From an uncultured Rikenellaceae bacterium (GTDB taxonomy: Bacteria > Bacteroidota > Bacteroidia > Bacteroidales > VadinHA17): a stretch of 64,000 nucleotides of DNA. The stretch covers positions 18,452 through 82,451 of the forward strand of contig CAYZVJ010000001.1 in NCBI GenBank assembly GCA_964481765.1. The letters run 5' to 3'. The first letter of the stretch is position 1; every line of letters begins with the position of its first letter. Made by a program: the position numbers and the translations under genes. Positions 1-9,470 of this stretch are shown piece by piece. Below the pieces are notes generated by a model. The model had not been told where the DNA came from. It saw only the letters and a program-made list of their open reading frames with translations, and searched no databases.

Positions 1-2
1 TG

Positions 3-494
3 TTTGCTTTTCACGGTGGTATTGGTTTTTCAAACCTGAACGACCGTTATCAATTTCAAAAAGACCTTCATCTGAGTTTTTTCCCTCTGGGAAATCTGAA
101 CTTGTATACGACAACAAGCATTTCTCACCAATCCAACTATGATCAATCTGTTGCCTACAATAACCATTTTATTTTTAATCAAACGGTGGGATTCAAAATA
201 GTGAATCCTTTGTGGATGGAATTGAATGCAACCTGGGGAGAATTGTCTAATTTTTCTATTCTGGATGGTATGGTTATCTATAATGATATAAACCCGATAC
301 AGTATAAATTTGGCCTAAATTTACTGATACCCTTAAATAAAAAGAGCATTGAATTTTTAATCATTTACGAATACATGGGGATGGAAAGCAGGTATGTCCC
401 TTACTCTGATGAACTGCCTGGCTTATACAATCCTACTAAACATCACGTTCATTCAATTACAGGAGGTATAACATGGAACATTTCAAAAAATTGA
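3..494 (+). CDS. hypothetical protein, 3' part of a gene starting upstream of the window (beta-rich, possibly outer-membrane)
   Basis: The frame of track ORF 102..494 stays open back to base 3 (I read codons 3..101 and found no stop), so the TTG at 102 is probably internal. Alternating aromatic/polar segments (YKFGLNLLIPL, IEFLIIYEYMG) suggest beta strands. No family recognised. Confidence 0.4.
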   Translation, partial: FAFHGGIGFSNLNDRYQFQKDLHLSFFPLGNLNLYTTTSISHQSNYDQSVAYNNHFIFNQTVGFKIVNPLWMELNATWGELSNFSILDGMVIYNDINPIQYKFGLNLLIPLNKKSIEFLIIYEYMGMESRYVPYSDELPGLYNPTKHHVHSITGGITWNISKN

Positions 495-1102
495 AAATGT
501 GTTTTGTTGCAACCTGCATCATATTTACACTTCATCATGCATATGGTCAGGATGTTTCAAAAACAATTAGCGCATTTCAGCAAAGTTACATCAGCGAAGC
601 ATCGGGTGATTTTCAGGAAGCAATGAATGTTTTGAAAAACGTGTACGATGAGAATTCGTATGAAATAAATCTCCGGCTTGGATGGTTGGCCTATCTATCC
701 GGCTTGTTTTCAGAATCAATTGCTTTCTACAACAAATCGATCACCCTCATGCCTTATTCCATTGAAGCTCGTTTTGGCATTGTTTATCCTGCTGCTGCTC
801 TTGGAAACTGGAATATGGTGATCGGTCATTATGAAAAAATCCTGGAGATTAATCCCAACAATTCGATCGCAAATCATCGCCTGGGGTTAATCTATTATGG
901 CAGAGAGGATTTTGAAAAAGCCTATACCTATTTTGAAAAAGTGGTTAATCTTTATCCATTTGATTATGATGCGTTGATCATGTTCGGATGGGCCAACTTC
1001 AAATTAAACAAGTTTCGGGAGGCTAAAATTCTGTTTCAAAAAGCACTGATGCATACTCCCGGTGGATCATCCGCACTGGAAGGCTTAGAGCTACTGAAGT
1101 AG
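473..1102 (+). CDS. secreted TPR-repeat protein
   Basis: N-terminal signal-like MEHFKKLKMCFVATCIIFTLHHAYG/QD. Repeated 34-aa TPR-like units (AFYNKSITLMP, HYEKILEINPNN, YTYFEKVVNLYP, ILFQKALMHTP). Overlaps the upstream ORF by 22 nt; alternative ATG at 497. Confidence 0.7.
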   Translation: MEHFKKLKMCFVATCIIFTLHHAYGQDVSKTISAFQQSYISEASGDFQEAMNVLKNVYDENSYEINLRLGWLAYLSGLFSESIAFYNKSITLMPYSIEARFGIVYPAAALGNWNMVIGHYEKILEINPNNSIANHRLGLIYYGREDFEKAYTYFEKVVNLYPFDYDALIMFGWANFKLNKFREAKILFQKALMHTPGGSSALEGLELLK

Positions 1103-1162
1103 TTTTCCTTTTGTTCTTTTTCTCTATTTGTTGTTGTTCATGGTATAGTAATAAAATATATG

Positions 1163-1170
1163 TAATTTTG
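1163..1170 (+). promoter_or_regulatory. Bacteroidota -7 promoter box TAATTTTG (TAnnTTTG)
   Basis: Exact match to the TAnnTTTG consensus, 18 nt upstream of the ATG at 1188, in an intergenic gap. Confidence 0.4.
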
Positions 1171-1187
1171 CCTCGTTTTATTAACAA

Positions 1188-2111
1188 ATGTATTCAACCG
1201 GTAAGATGATGCAGAATGATAATAGAAAACCAACGGCAGTAAACAGTAAACAGCAAGGTAAAAATATTACCTGGTTGGTTGCTACCATTGCGGTGCTTGC
1301 TGTTGGTCTGGCTATAATAATCTTTTTCTATTTTGACCAGAAAAATAAAATGGTAGAGATGGAGTTTGTTCTAACCGAGGAAAAAGATTCCCTGGCCCGT
1401 GAGCTGCAAAACCTGATTTACGAATACGACACCCTGAAAACTTCCAACGACAGTTTGAACCTGAAACTCGAAGAGGAGCAAAATAAGATTACCATGTTGC
1501 TGCGGGTTCAGGCTTCCAATGCACAGAAGATCACCCTGTATAAAAAGGAACTCAGTACTCTCCGCCAGGTAATGAAAAGCTATATTGTGCAGATTGACTC
1601 ACTCAATACATTAAACAAGGAACTTACGGCAGAAAACATACAGGTAAGGCGTGACCTCCAAACCGTTCAAAAAGACAAAGAGGAACTTTCCCAGATTAAA
1701 GAAGAACTCTCTGAAAAGGTTGAAAGGGCTTCAGTGATTCTTGCAAAAAATATCGTTGCAACACCAATTAATACCCGGGGCAGAGAAAAGGATAAAATTG
1801 ACAAGGTTGATAAAATAAAAGTCTGTTTTCTATTGAGGGAAAATCCGATTGTGCAGGCGGGAAAAAAGGATGTATATATGCGCATCTCACGACCGGATGA
1901 ATTGATCCTTGCAGAATCTCCTGATAATCTTTTTGAATTTGATGGAGAGCAATATATTTTTTCTGCTAAACGAACGGTTGAGTACCTCGGCCAGGATATC
2001 GAATTGTGTATCTACTGGAATAATAACGGTGATTTAATTCCGGGAAAATATACCGTTAACCTCTACCTTGAGGGAAATCAAATTGGTTCTACTGTATTTA
2101 ATCTGAAATAG
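1188..2111 (+). CDS. membrane-anchored coiled-coil protein with beta-rich C-terminal domain (unknown function)
   Basis: One TM segment (ITWLVATIAVLAVGLAIIIFFYF), then ~150 aa of heptad-like E/K/L/Q-rich sequence, then a ~110-aa non-helical domain (KVCFLLRENP...YTVNLYLEGNQIGSTVFNLK). Confidence 0.65.
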   Translation: MYSTGKMMQNDNRKPTAVNSKQQGKNITWLVATIAVLAVGLAIIIFFYFDQKNKMVEMEFVLTEEKDSLARELQNLIYEYDTLKTSNDSLNLKLEEEQNKITMLLRVQASNAQKITLYKKELSTLRQVMKSYIVQIDSLNTLNKELTAENIQVRRDLQTVQKDKEELSQIKEELSEKVERASVILAKNIVATPINTRGREKDKIDKVDKIKVCFLLRENPIVQAGKKDVYMRISRPDELILAESPDNLFEFDGEQYIFSAKRTVEYLGQDIELCIYWNNNGDLIPGKYTVNLYLEGNQIGSTVFNLK

Positions 2112-2143
2112 ATCGCGCTCTAACAGTGTACTGCTGCTTTATA

Positions 2144-3274
2144 TCATTCTATCATCAGCAACTCAGAAATAATATTATCTGAAATCAACTGACCCTGTTG
2201 TGTTAAAATCAGGCTATCGTCCTTTCTCTCCAGCATTCCATAATCGATAAACCGGCTTGATAACGACACGCAGTAATCCCTGGCCTCTTTACTAAATGTT
2301 TCTTCAATGTACTTAAGATCTGCCCCCCACATGGTGCGCAATGACGTAAGAATATACTCATTATACCGTGTTTTCTGATCCAATATCTCCTTTTTAAATG
2401 GTATTTTATTCCTGCTAATTCCACTAATGTACTTATCGTTGTTAGAAACATTCCATTGTCTGCTGTTTCCATTAAAGCTATGTGCTGACGGACCTATGCC
2501 CAGGTACTTTTTTTGTTTCCAGTAGTTTGTGTTGTGCTTTGAAAAAAATCCCTCCTTGCAGAAATTGGATATTTCATAATGTAAAAATCCCTGCGACTCC
2601 AGTTTATTGATCAACGTCCGGAACTGTTCAACACTCTCCTCCTCTTCCATAAGCTTTAATTTTCCTTTTTTAAGAAGGTGGGCAAATGTTGTTCCGGGTT
2701 CTATTGTTAAATGGTACGCTGAAATATGCCGGACCGGCATTGTAAGTGCCATATCGATGCTCTTTTCCCACGACGAGCTGTCGCTTCCAGGAATACCATA
2801 CATCAAATCAATACTGATGTTATCAAAACCAACTTCTACCGATTTTTCAATACAATCTAACGATTGGGCGGCTGTATGCCTTCTGTTTAATATCTCCAGC
2901 TCTTCATTAAAAAAAGATTGTATACCAATACTAATCCGGTTTATCCCGTTTCTATTTAGCCCGGCCAAATAATCCGAATTTAAATCATCCGGATTTACTT
3001 CAATGGTTATTTCAACCCCATCGAGTACCGGGTTATATTTTTTAACCGTATCGTAGAGGGAAAGTATCTGTTCTGTTGATAGTACGCTTGGCGTTCCTCC
3101 GCCAAAATAAACCGTTTCTATTAATTCCCCCTCAAGGTAGTTTTCCTGCAACTCGATTTCCTTTCTCATTGCTTCAACCATGGTACCCGCTTTTTCAGAT
3201 AGAAGCTCTTTGTAAAAATCACAATAATGGCAGATTTGTTTACAGAACGGAATATGGAAATAGATGCCTGCCAT
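2144..3274 (-). CDS. hemW: radical SAM heme chaperone / coproporphyrinogen-III-oxidase-like protein HemW
   Basis: N-terminal YFHIPFCKQICHYCDF (CxxxCxxC radical-SAM motif). GGGTPS motif. 376 aa, the HemN/HemW size and layout. Confidence 0.9.
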   Translation of the reverse strand: MAGIYFHIPFCKQICHYCDFYKELLSEKAGTMVEAMRKEIELQENYLEGELIETVYFGGGTPSVLSTEQILSLYDTVKKYNPVLDGVEITIEVNPDDLNSDYLAGLNRNGINRISIGIQSFFNEELEILNRRHTAAQSLDCIEKSVEVGFDNISIDLMYGIPGSDSSSWEKSIDMALTMPVRHISAYHLTIEPGTTFAHLLKKGKLKLMEEEESVEQFRTLINKLESQGFLHYEISNFCKEGFFSKHNTNYWKQKKYLGIGPSAHSFNGNSRQWNVSNNDKYISGISRNKIPFKKEILDQKTRYNEYILTSLRTMWGADLKYIEETFSKEARDYCVSLSSRFIDYGMLERKDDSLILTQQGQLISDNIISELLMIE

Positions 3275-3325
3275 TTAGTACGATATTTTACAACATTTGT
3301 AAGCTTTCAGGACAATTAAGGATCA

Positions 3326-3766
3326 TTAAATCTGTATATCTTTTGATTTCTTTATCTCCTTAATAATACTTCCAATAGTCTCTTTTTCAAATAATTCCCT
3401 TAGCTTATTCCGTATGGGTGAGAATTTTCTGTGGACCGGACAGGGTGTTTTGCCCTTTTCATAATCCTTACAGCTGATAATATTGATCAAACACCTGTTA
3501 AACATATCTTCGCCATCGATGATTAATATAATATCCAGTAAGGAAATACTATCCGGATCTTTTCCTAATCCAAAACCTCCATGTGGACCTTTTGTTGAAC
3601 TTAATAATTTCTGCTTCGTTAATGATTGTAATATCTTTCCAAGAAATGGTGTAGGTATATTCAGATCTTGTGAAACCTGTTTCAACCCTATTTTTTCGCC
3701 TTCCCTGGTATTCATTGCCAGGTAAATTACTGCACGTATTCCATATTTACAGGTATTTGACAACAT
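3326..3766 (-). CDS. Rrf2-family transcriptional regulator (IscR/NsrR-like, putative Fe-S ligands)
   Basis: N-terminal KYGIRAVIYLA winged-helix signature of Rrf2 proteins. C-terminal C-x6-C-x9-C-x2-H (NRCLINIISCKDYEKGKTPCPVH). Confidence 0.85.
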   Translation of the reverse strand: MLSNTCKYGIRAVIYLAMNTREGEKIGLKQVSQDLNIPTPFLGKILQSLTKQKLLSSTKGPHGGFGLGKDPDSISLLDIILIIDGEDMFNRCLINIISCKDYEKGKTPCPVHRKFSPIRNKLRELFEKETIGSIIKEIKKSKDIQI

Positions 3767-3790
3767 AGCAACGTAATTTTGATATCCTGA

Positions 3791-4228
3791 TCAACTGTTT
3801 TTTATCGGAATCTTTTTAATTCTTCTTTCATGTCGCCCGCCTTCAAATGTTGTTTGTAAAAATGTTTCAACAATTACTATTGCCTCTTCAACTGATAAAA
3901 ACCTTCCTGGTAAAGCACATATGTTTGCATTATTATGCGCTCTTGCAAGCTCTGATATCTCCCTGTTCCAACACAAAGCCGATCTAATCCCCTGATGTTT
4001 GTTTGCTGCCATATTAATTCCATTCCCACTACCACAAATGCTAATGCCAAAATCGTATTCTCCTTTTTCAATCACTTTTGCTAACCTGTGTCCAAACTCT
4101 GGATAGTCTACGCTTTTGTTTGAATCGGTTCCAAGGTCTTTTACCTTGTGTCCTTCATTCACCAGGTAATTGATAAGTTCTTCTTTTAAACTGTAACCAG
4201 CATGATCTGCTGTAATTGCCAATTTCAT
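3791..4228 (-). CDS. rpiB: ribose-5-phosphate isomerase B
   Basis: MKLAITADHAGYSLKEEL...ICGSGNGINMAANKHQGIRSALCW is the typical RpiB/LacAB pattern. I prefer the ATG at 4228 over the track's TTG at 4255 because a -7 box lies at 4257-4264. Confidence 0.9.
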   Translation of the reverse strand: MKLAITADHAGYSLKEELINYLVNEGHKVKDLGTDSNKSVDYPEFGHRLAKVIEKGEYDFGISICGSGNGINMAANKHQGIRSALCWNREISELARAHNNANICALPGRFLSVEEAIVIVETFLQTTFEGGRHERRIKKIPIKNS

Positions 4229-4256
4229 TTTCTTACATATCATACTTACGTTCAAC

Positions 4257-4264
4257 CAAATTTA
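4257..4264 (-). promoter_or_regulatory. Bacteroidota -7 promoter box TAAATTTG (minus strand)
   Basis: The reverse complement of caaattta matches TAnnTTTG, 29 nt upstream of the rpiB ATG at 4228. Confidence 0.45.
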
Positions 4265-4741
4265 GCAAAATAAATTAATTTCGTATCCAAAACTATTTTT
4301 TACGTTTGCATTGCTAAAATGAATCTACCCTTTTTTTATAGATACCAGAATCCTCTTAATATTTTGTTCAATAGCGGTTAATTTCTTAATAAAAACGATT
4401 GAAAAATATATTTTCTTTTTTCAGCAAACCAACCTGATAATCATTTCTTAAAATTTTCAAAATTTATTTTTCATTTTTCAATATAAACTATTCCACACTA
4501 TGTAAACATCTTTTCTCGTTTAAAACAAAAAGATTTTATCAATCATTTGCTTTCTTAACAATCGTTAATTTGATATATAATTTACTCTTTTTCAATAGCT
4601 TTTTTTAATGAATTGCTGTTCATAAAGTGTTTTTATTTTTTTAATTTCAAATTTTCCAATTATATCACTGGATTTTTGTACACAAAGTGAACAGAATAAC
4701 ATCATCATATATATATTTTAATATTATATAAATATATTATT

Positions 4742-5761
4742 ATGGTTGTTAAAAATGAGGATATTATAAAGGATGGATTTGTTAATGCAAAAATTGATAA
4801 TGGCATTGATATTGTTGATGAAATTAATGCATTACGAAAAGAAAAAGATGCAATAATATTAGCACATTTTTATCAACAAGGAGAGATACAAGACATTGCG
4901 GATTTTGTGGGTGACAGCCTGGCATTATCACAACAGGCTGCAAAGACAAAGGCAAGAATGATTGTTTTTGCAGGTGTGCATTTTATGGCGGAGACGGCAA
5001 AAATCCTATCGCCGGATAAAAAGGTTTTATTGCCAGACCTGAATGCAGGCTGTTCACTTGCTGAATCTTGTCCGCATGAGGAATTTGCTGTATTTAAAAA
5101 AAAATATCCGGAACACATCGTGGTTTCATACGTTAATGCAACTGCGGAAATAAAAACATTAAGTGATATAGTATGTACTTCATCAAACGCAGTTAAGATT
5201 GTTGAATCAATTCCAAAAGAGAAGAAAATTATATTTGCACCGGATAAAAACCTTGGAAAGTATGTATCAAAAATTAATGGCAGAAAAATGGTGATTTGGG
5301 ATGGAGGGTGTCATGTACATGAAGCATTTTCATTAGAACGCATATTAGAAACCAGGAAGAGGTATCCGGATGCAAAACTGATTGCACACCCGGAATGTGA
5401 TGAAAAGATATTGAACATTGCTGATCACATCGGATCAACAGCATCATTGCTTGAATTTACAATGAAAGATTCTTCTGATCAGTACATAGTTGCCACTGAT
5501 TCAGGTATAATTCATCAAATGAAAAAGAAAGTACACGGAAAATATTTTATACCGGCTCCTCCTGAAGATAGATCTTGTGATCGAAGTGATTGTAATTTCA
5601 TGAAGACAATAACACTGGAAAAGATTTATAATACATTGAGATATGAAATTCCTGAAATTGTATTGGATGAAAAAATACGAAGAAGGGCTGAAAAACCAAT
5701 ACTTCGAATGATGGAAATATCTGAACAAATTGAGTTATGTCAAGGGTTAAGAAAAAGATAA
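4742..5761 (+). CDS. nadA: quinolinate synthase
   Basis: ILAHFYQQGEIQDIADFVGDSLALSQQAA, VFAGVHFMAETAKIL and conserved Cys-containing segments typical of NadA. 339 aa. Confidence 0.9.
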   Translation: MVVKNEDIIKDGFVNAKIDNGIDIVDEINALRKEKDAIILAHFYQQGEIQDIADFVGDSLALSQQAAKTKARMIVFAGVHFMAETAKILSPDKKVLLPDLNAGCSLAESCPHEEFAVFKKKYPEHIVVSYVNATAEIKTLSDIVCTSSNAVKIVESIPKEKKIIFAPDKNLGKYVSKINGRKMVIWDGGCHVHEAFSLERILETRKRYPDAKLIAHPECDEKILNIADHIGSTASLLEFTMKDSSDQYIVATDSGIIHQMKKKVHGKYFIPAPPEDRSCDRSDCNFMKTITLEKIYNTLRYEIPEIVLDEKIRRRAEKPILRMMEISEQIELCQGLRKR

Positions 5762-5775
5762 AGAGTTTACAGTAT

Positions 5776-7365
5776 ATGAAAACGAGAGGAAAAAATACTA
5801 TACTTTTTATAGTCGCAATGATATGGTTTCTATCCGGACATTTATACTTAAATGCACAAAGCAATGAAATCTTGACGGATGGATATACTTTTTATTATTA
5901 TCCAAACGGACAAATATCCAGTGAAGGAATTGTACGGGATGGTAAACCAGATGGATATTGGAAGACATATTATGTTACGGGAGTCATAAAATCCGAAGGA
6001 AAAAGGAATAATTTTTTATTAGATAGTGTTTGGGTTTTTTATGATGTTACAGGAGATACAATTGAGAAAATCAACTACATGTACGGAAAAAAAAATGGAT
6101 ATTATTATACGTATGATACTAAAAATAAAGAGATTACATCACTAAATGGGAACATTGTTTCCAAAGAGTTGTATGTAAACGACAAAAAGGAAGGACCATC
6201 CTATTATTACTATGACAATGGTAAGGTTCATAACACCATTAACTATGTAAACGGCAAAATGCAGGGTTTAGCAAGAGAGTATTCTGAAAGCGGAAAAATT
6301 ATAACTCTCCTGGAATACCACAATGGATATTTAGTAAACCGGGAGAGAATTAACAGAACAGATTCAAGTGGTTACAAACAAGGTGTTTGGGAAGAGTTCT
6401 ATCCGGATGGAAAGATCCAGACAGAAAGAAATTTTAAAGACGACCAACTGCATGGCTTTTACAGAGAATATGATAAAAAGGGTAATCTGACTATAGCTAT
6501 ACGATATGATAACGGCCGGATTATAGAAGAGGGTGTCGAAGAGGAACAAGATGTTGAAATAAGAAACAGCTATGATGAGGATGGAAACCTGTTGGCAAGC
6601 GGACCGTATAGAAAAAAAACACCCATCGGAGTTCATCGGGAATATTCAAGGAATGGGGAAATTACAGGCTCGAAAATATATGACGATTTCGGACGGGTAA
6701 TATCAAACGGAATTGTGAATGAGGAAGGAGAGCGTATCGGAAAGTGGGAGAATTTTTATGTTTCGGGGAAACTGAAATCCGATGGGTATTATACCAAAAA
6801 TCAGAAAGAGGGACGGTGGGTTTACTATTATGAAAATAGTAATATAGAACAAACCGGAGACTATCGAAACGGACTGGAAAACGGCAGCTGGAAATGGTTT
6901 TATCCAAACGGTAATTTACACAGGGAAGAAGAGTATTTTAACGGGAAAGAAGATGGGGTTGCTACAGAATACTCTGTTGATGGAGAAATAATAGCACAGG
7001 GGGATTATCTTGAAGGAGAAAAAGAAGGAAGCTGGTTTTATAATGCGGGTGATTACACGGAAGAAGGGAGATATGTCGTTGGATTGCGTGAAGGAACATG
7101 GAAACATTACTACGAGAACGGAAACCTGAAATATCAGGGAAATTATGTACAGGGAAACCCACATAAACGGCATAAAATCTACTGGGACAATGGGGTGTTA
7201 AAAGAGGAGCGATATTACGATATGGGAATAAAAGAAAAAACATGGAAAAAGTACAATGAAGAGGGGGTTTTGTTAATGACGATCAGTTACAAAAACGATA
7301 TAGAAAACCGGATTAATGGTGTAAAAGTTGATCTGCCGGAAAGTGATGTTAAGCTTCTAAAATAA
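5776..7365 (+). CDS. MORN-variant (YwqK-like) repeat protein with signal peptide
   Basis: About 20 tandem ~23-aa units of the form G.W..YY.NG....EG.Y.NG...G (e.g. DGYWKTYYVTGVIKSEGK, EGRWVYYYENSNIEQTGDY). N-terminal hydrophobic segment ILFIVAMIWFLSGHLYLNAQ. Start moved to the ATG at 5776 to avoid overlapping the nadA 3' end. Confidence 0.75.
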   Translation: MKTRGKNTILFIVAMIWFLSGHLYLNAQSNEILTDGYTFYYYPNGQISSEGIVRDGKPDGYWKTYYVTGVIKSEGKRNNFLLDSVWVFYDVTGDTIEKINYMYGKKNGYYYTYDTKNKEITSLNGNIVSKELYVNDKKEGPSYYYYDNGKVHNTINYVNGKMQGLAREYSESGKIITLLEYHNGYLVNRERINRTDSSGYKQGVWEEFYPDGKIQTERNFKDDQLHGFYREYDKKGNLTIAIRYDNGRIIEEGVEEEQDVEIRNSYDEDGNLLASGPYRKKTPIGVHREYSRNGEITGSKIYDDFGRVISNGIVNEEGERIGKWENFYVSGKLKSDGYYTKNQKEGRWVYYYENSNIEQTGDYRNGLENGSWKWFYPNGNLHREEEYFNGKEDGVATEYSVDGEIIAQGDYLEGEKEGSWFYNAGDYTEEGRYVVGLREGTWKHYYENGNLKYQGNYVQGNPHKRHKIYWDNGVLKEERYYDMGIKEKTWKKYNEEGVLLMTISYKNDIENRINGVKVDLPESDVKLLK

Positions 7366-7378
7366 GATTTAAAGGTAT

Positions 7379-8404
7379 ATGGATGAGTCATTACACATAC
7401 GGGAAAATGAATTAACCCCTACAGACAGAGAGTTTGAAAAGAAATTGCGGCCGTTGGATTTCAAGGAATTCTTCGGGCAGGATAAAATTATCGAAAACCT
7501 TAAAATATTTGTTGAAGCAGCGATGATGAGGGGAGAGGCGCTGGACCACGTGCTGTTGCATGGTCCCCCCGGATTGGGTAAAACAACCCTGGCAAACATC
7601 ATTGCACATGAGCTGGGTGTTAATTTAAAAGTTACCTCCGGACCGGTTCTGGATAAGCCCGGAGATCTGGCCGGGCTGTTAACCAACCTGGAAGATAAAG
7701 ATGTTTTGTTTATCGATGAGATACACCGCCTGAGCCCAGTGGTGGAAGAGTATCTCTATTCTGCCATGGAGGATTATAATATTGATATAATGATTGATAA
7801 AGGCCCGGGGGCACGATCTATACAGCTCAACCTGAACCCATTCACACTAATTGGAGCAACCACAAGGTCTGGCCTGTTAACCAGCCCGTTAAGAGCACGG
7901 TTTGGTATAACATTCCACCTGGAATATTATGACAACAACATCCTGGACAGAATCGTTAAGCGATCTGCCGGAATCCTGAATGTATCCATCGATAACACAG
8001 CGTCAATAGAAATTGCCTCACGAAGCAGGGGTACACCCAGGATAGCCAACGCACTACTTAGAAGGGTTAGGGATTTTGCGCAGGTAAAAGGAACCGGAGA
8101 AATAGATCTTGACATAGCAAAATATTCACTCTCTGCACTGAACATTGATAAATATGGGCTGGATGAAATGGACACAAAAATCCTGGTAACCATCATTGAA
8201 AAATTTAAAGGGGGACCGGTAGGTATGTCTACCATTGCAACAGCTGTTAGTGAAGATGCTGGTACGATTGAAGAAGTCTATGAACCATTCCTGATAAAAG
8301 AGGGATATATTAAACGAACACCGAGGGGAAGGGAGGTTACCGATTTAGCCTATAATCATTTGGGTAAAAACAGAATAGGAGAAAGCGGAACACTGTTTAA
8401 GTAA
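7379..8404 (+). CDS. ruvB: Holliday junction branch migration DNA helicase RuvB
   Basis: [12 protein letters not shown], Walker [12 protein letters not shown], Walker [29 protein letters not shown]. Confidence 0.95.
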   Translation: MDESLHIRENELTPTDREFEKKLRPLDFKEFFGQDKIIENLKIFVEAAMMRGEALDHVLLHGPPGLGKTTLANIIAHELGVNLKVTSGPVLDKPGDLAGLLTNLEDKDVLFIDEIHRLSPVVEEYLYSAMEDYNIDIMIDKGPGARSIQLNLNPFTLIGATTRSGLLTSPLRARFGITFHLEYYDNNILDRIVKRSAGILNVSIDNTASIEIASRSRGTPRIANALLRRVRDFAQVKGTGEIDLDIAKYSLSALNIDKYGLDEMDTKILVTIIEKFKGGPVGMSTIATAVSEDAGTIEEVYEPFLIKEGYIKRTPRGREVTDLAYNHLGKNRIGESGTLFK

Positions 8405-8409
8405 TTTTG
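8402..8409 (+). promoter_or_regulatory. possible -7 promoter box TAATTTTG
   Basis: Exact TAnnTTTG match overlapping the ruvB stop codon, 70 nt upstream of the small ORF at 8479. Confidence 0.3.
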
Positions 8410-8478
8410 TAATACCAAGCATTATATTTATATTTATTCTCTTAATCTGACCCAACAAAATTTCTTAAATAATTAATT

Positions 8479-8649
8479 ATGAAAGAATTAATTAAAAGAA
8501 TAGGCATTGTTTTCATCGTCGTTGGTATTGTTATTCTGGGTTATTCGGAATTCAGTGGGGTAGAGAGCAATAAGCTTTTAATCATAAGTGGAGGATTAAT
8601 TTTCGGCGGATTTCTTGTGTATGTAGTCCTGAATAATATACTTGATTAG
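8479..8649 (+). CDS. small two-TM membrane protein (56 aa), absent from the ORF track (below its size cutoff)
   Basis: I translated ATG 8479 to TAG 8647-8649: MKELIKRIGIVFIVVGIVILGYSEFSGVESNKLLIISGGLIFGGFLVYVVLNNILD. It has two clear hydrophobic helices and fills an otherwise empty 254-nt gap. No family recognised. Confidence 0.45.
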   Translation: MKELIKRIGIVFIVVGIVILGYSEFSGVESNKLLIISGGLIFGGFLVYVVLNNILD

Positions 8650-8658
8650 AATGGAAGC

Positions 8659-9363
8659 TTAAAAGTGATTTCCAATTTTTGTAAGAGATCTGGTGTTTAT
8701 TATCTTTATTTTCCTTCCGTTTAATTCAATAAGTCCATCATTTTTAAATTCTGATAGGAGACGAATCACTGATTCGGTTGCCGTACCCACGATATTCGCA
8801 AGCTCCTCACGGGTAAGAGAGATCTGCAACACCTGATCACCATCCAGGCCAAAATTATCTTTCAGGTGGATCAACACTTCAGCCAATCTTTCACGGACGG
8901 TCTTCTGAGCAATGTCAGTAATGTATGCATTTGCCTCTCCAAGCTCCTTGCAGGTCAGTTTCATAATTTCCATAGAAAAATTACCATTGTTCTTAACCAG
9001 GGAAAAAAGAATATCAGAAGAGATGTAACAGAGAAGCGAATCTTCTATAATCTTGGCCGTTGTGCAGGCAAGTTCATTACTTAAGATGGACCTGTATCCA
9101 ATGATTTCACCCCGCTTTGCAAACCGGATGATTTGCTCTTTCCCATCAATACCGGTCTTATAGACTTTTATTATTCCATTGTGTATACAATAAAAGCCAT
9201 TGATTCTGCCCCCTTCATGGTATATGATTTCACCGCGCTTATAAAACAGGGAGGATTTCTCGTAGTTCAACCGATCCAATTCATCCTGTGTTAATTGTTT
9301 AAAGATGGAATTAAATTCTAAGGAGCACTTCCCACAAACCGGTGGATTTTGAACTTGTTTCAT
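8659..9363 (-). CDS. Crp/Fnr-family transcriptional regulator
   Basis: A cNMP-binding-like beta-roll (GEIIYHEGGRINGFYCIHNGIIKVY...GKEQIIRFAKRGEIIGY) plus a C-terminal HTH (LTREELANIVGTATESVIRLLSEF). N-terminal C-x2-C (PVCGKCS). Confidence 0.85.
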   Translation of the reverse strand: MKQVQNPPVCGKCSLEFNSIFKQLTQDELDRLNYEKSSLFYKRGEIIYHEGGRINGFYCIHNGIIKVYKTGIDGKEQIIRFAKRGEIIGYRSILSNELACTTAKIIEDSLLCYISSDILFSLVKNNGNFSMEIMKLTCKELGEANAYITDIAQKTVRERLAEVLIHLKDNFGLDGDQVLQISLTREELANIVGTATESVIRLLSEFKNDGLIELNGRKIKIINTRSLTKIGNHF

Positions 9364-9432
9364 TGAAAGATTGTAGCTGAAAACGTGAAATGCAGGCTAC
9401 CCAAATGCTTTTTGCAATATACGATTAAAAAG

Positions 9433-9440
9433 TATATTTG
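9433..9440 (+). promoter_or_regulatory. Bacteroidota -7 promoter box TATATTTG
   Basis: Exact TAnnTTTG match, 31 nt upstream of the ATG at 9471. Confidence 0.45.
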
Positions 9441-9470
9441 TAAAATCTAAGTATTAAAATATCTAAAGAT

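Noticed and set aside
4256-4741. Possible invertible-promoter (phase-variation) element in the AT-rich spacer. Short inverted repeats are present, such as TTTAGCAA/TTGCTAAA (4261/4311) and AACGATTG/CAATCGTT (about 4394/4559).
   Set aside because: The repeats are only 8 bp in extremely AT-rich sequence, where such matches are expected by chance. There is no nearby recombinase gene and no longer flanking repeats.
5737-5775. The track's start of the MORN-repeat gene at 5737, overlapping the last 25 nt of nadA.
   Set aside because: The ATG at 5776 gives a standard n-region plus hydrophobic signal (MKTRGKNTILFIVAMIWFLSG) and removes the overlap. The upstream start is possible but less likely.
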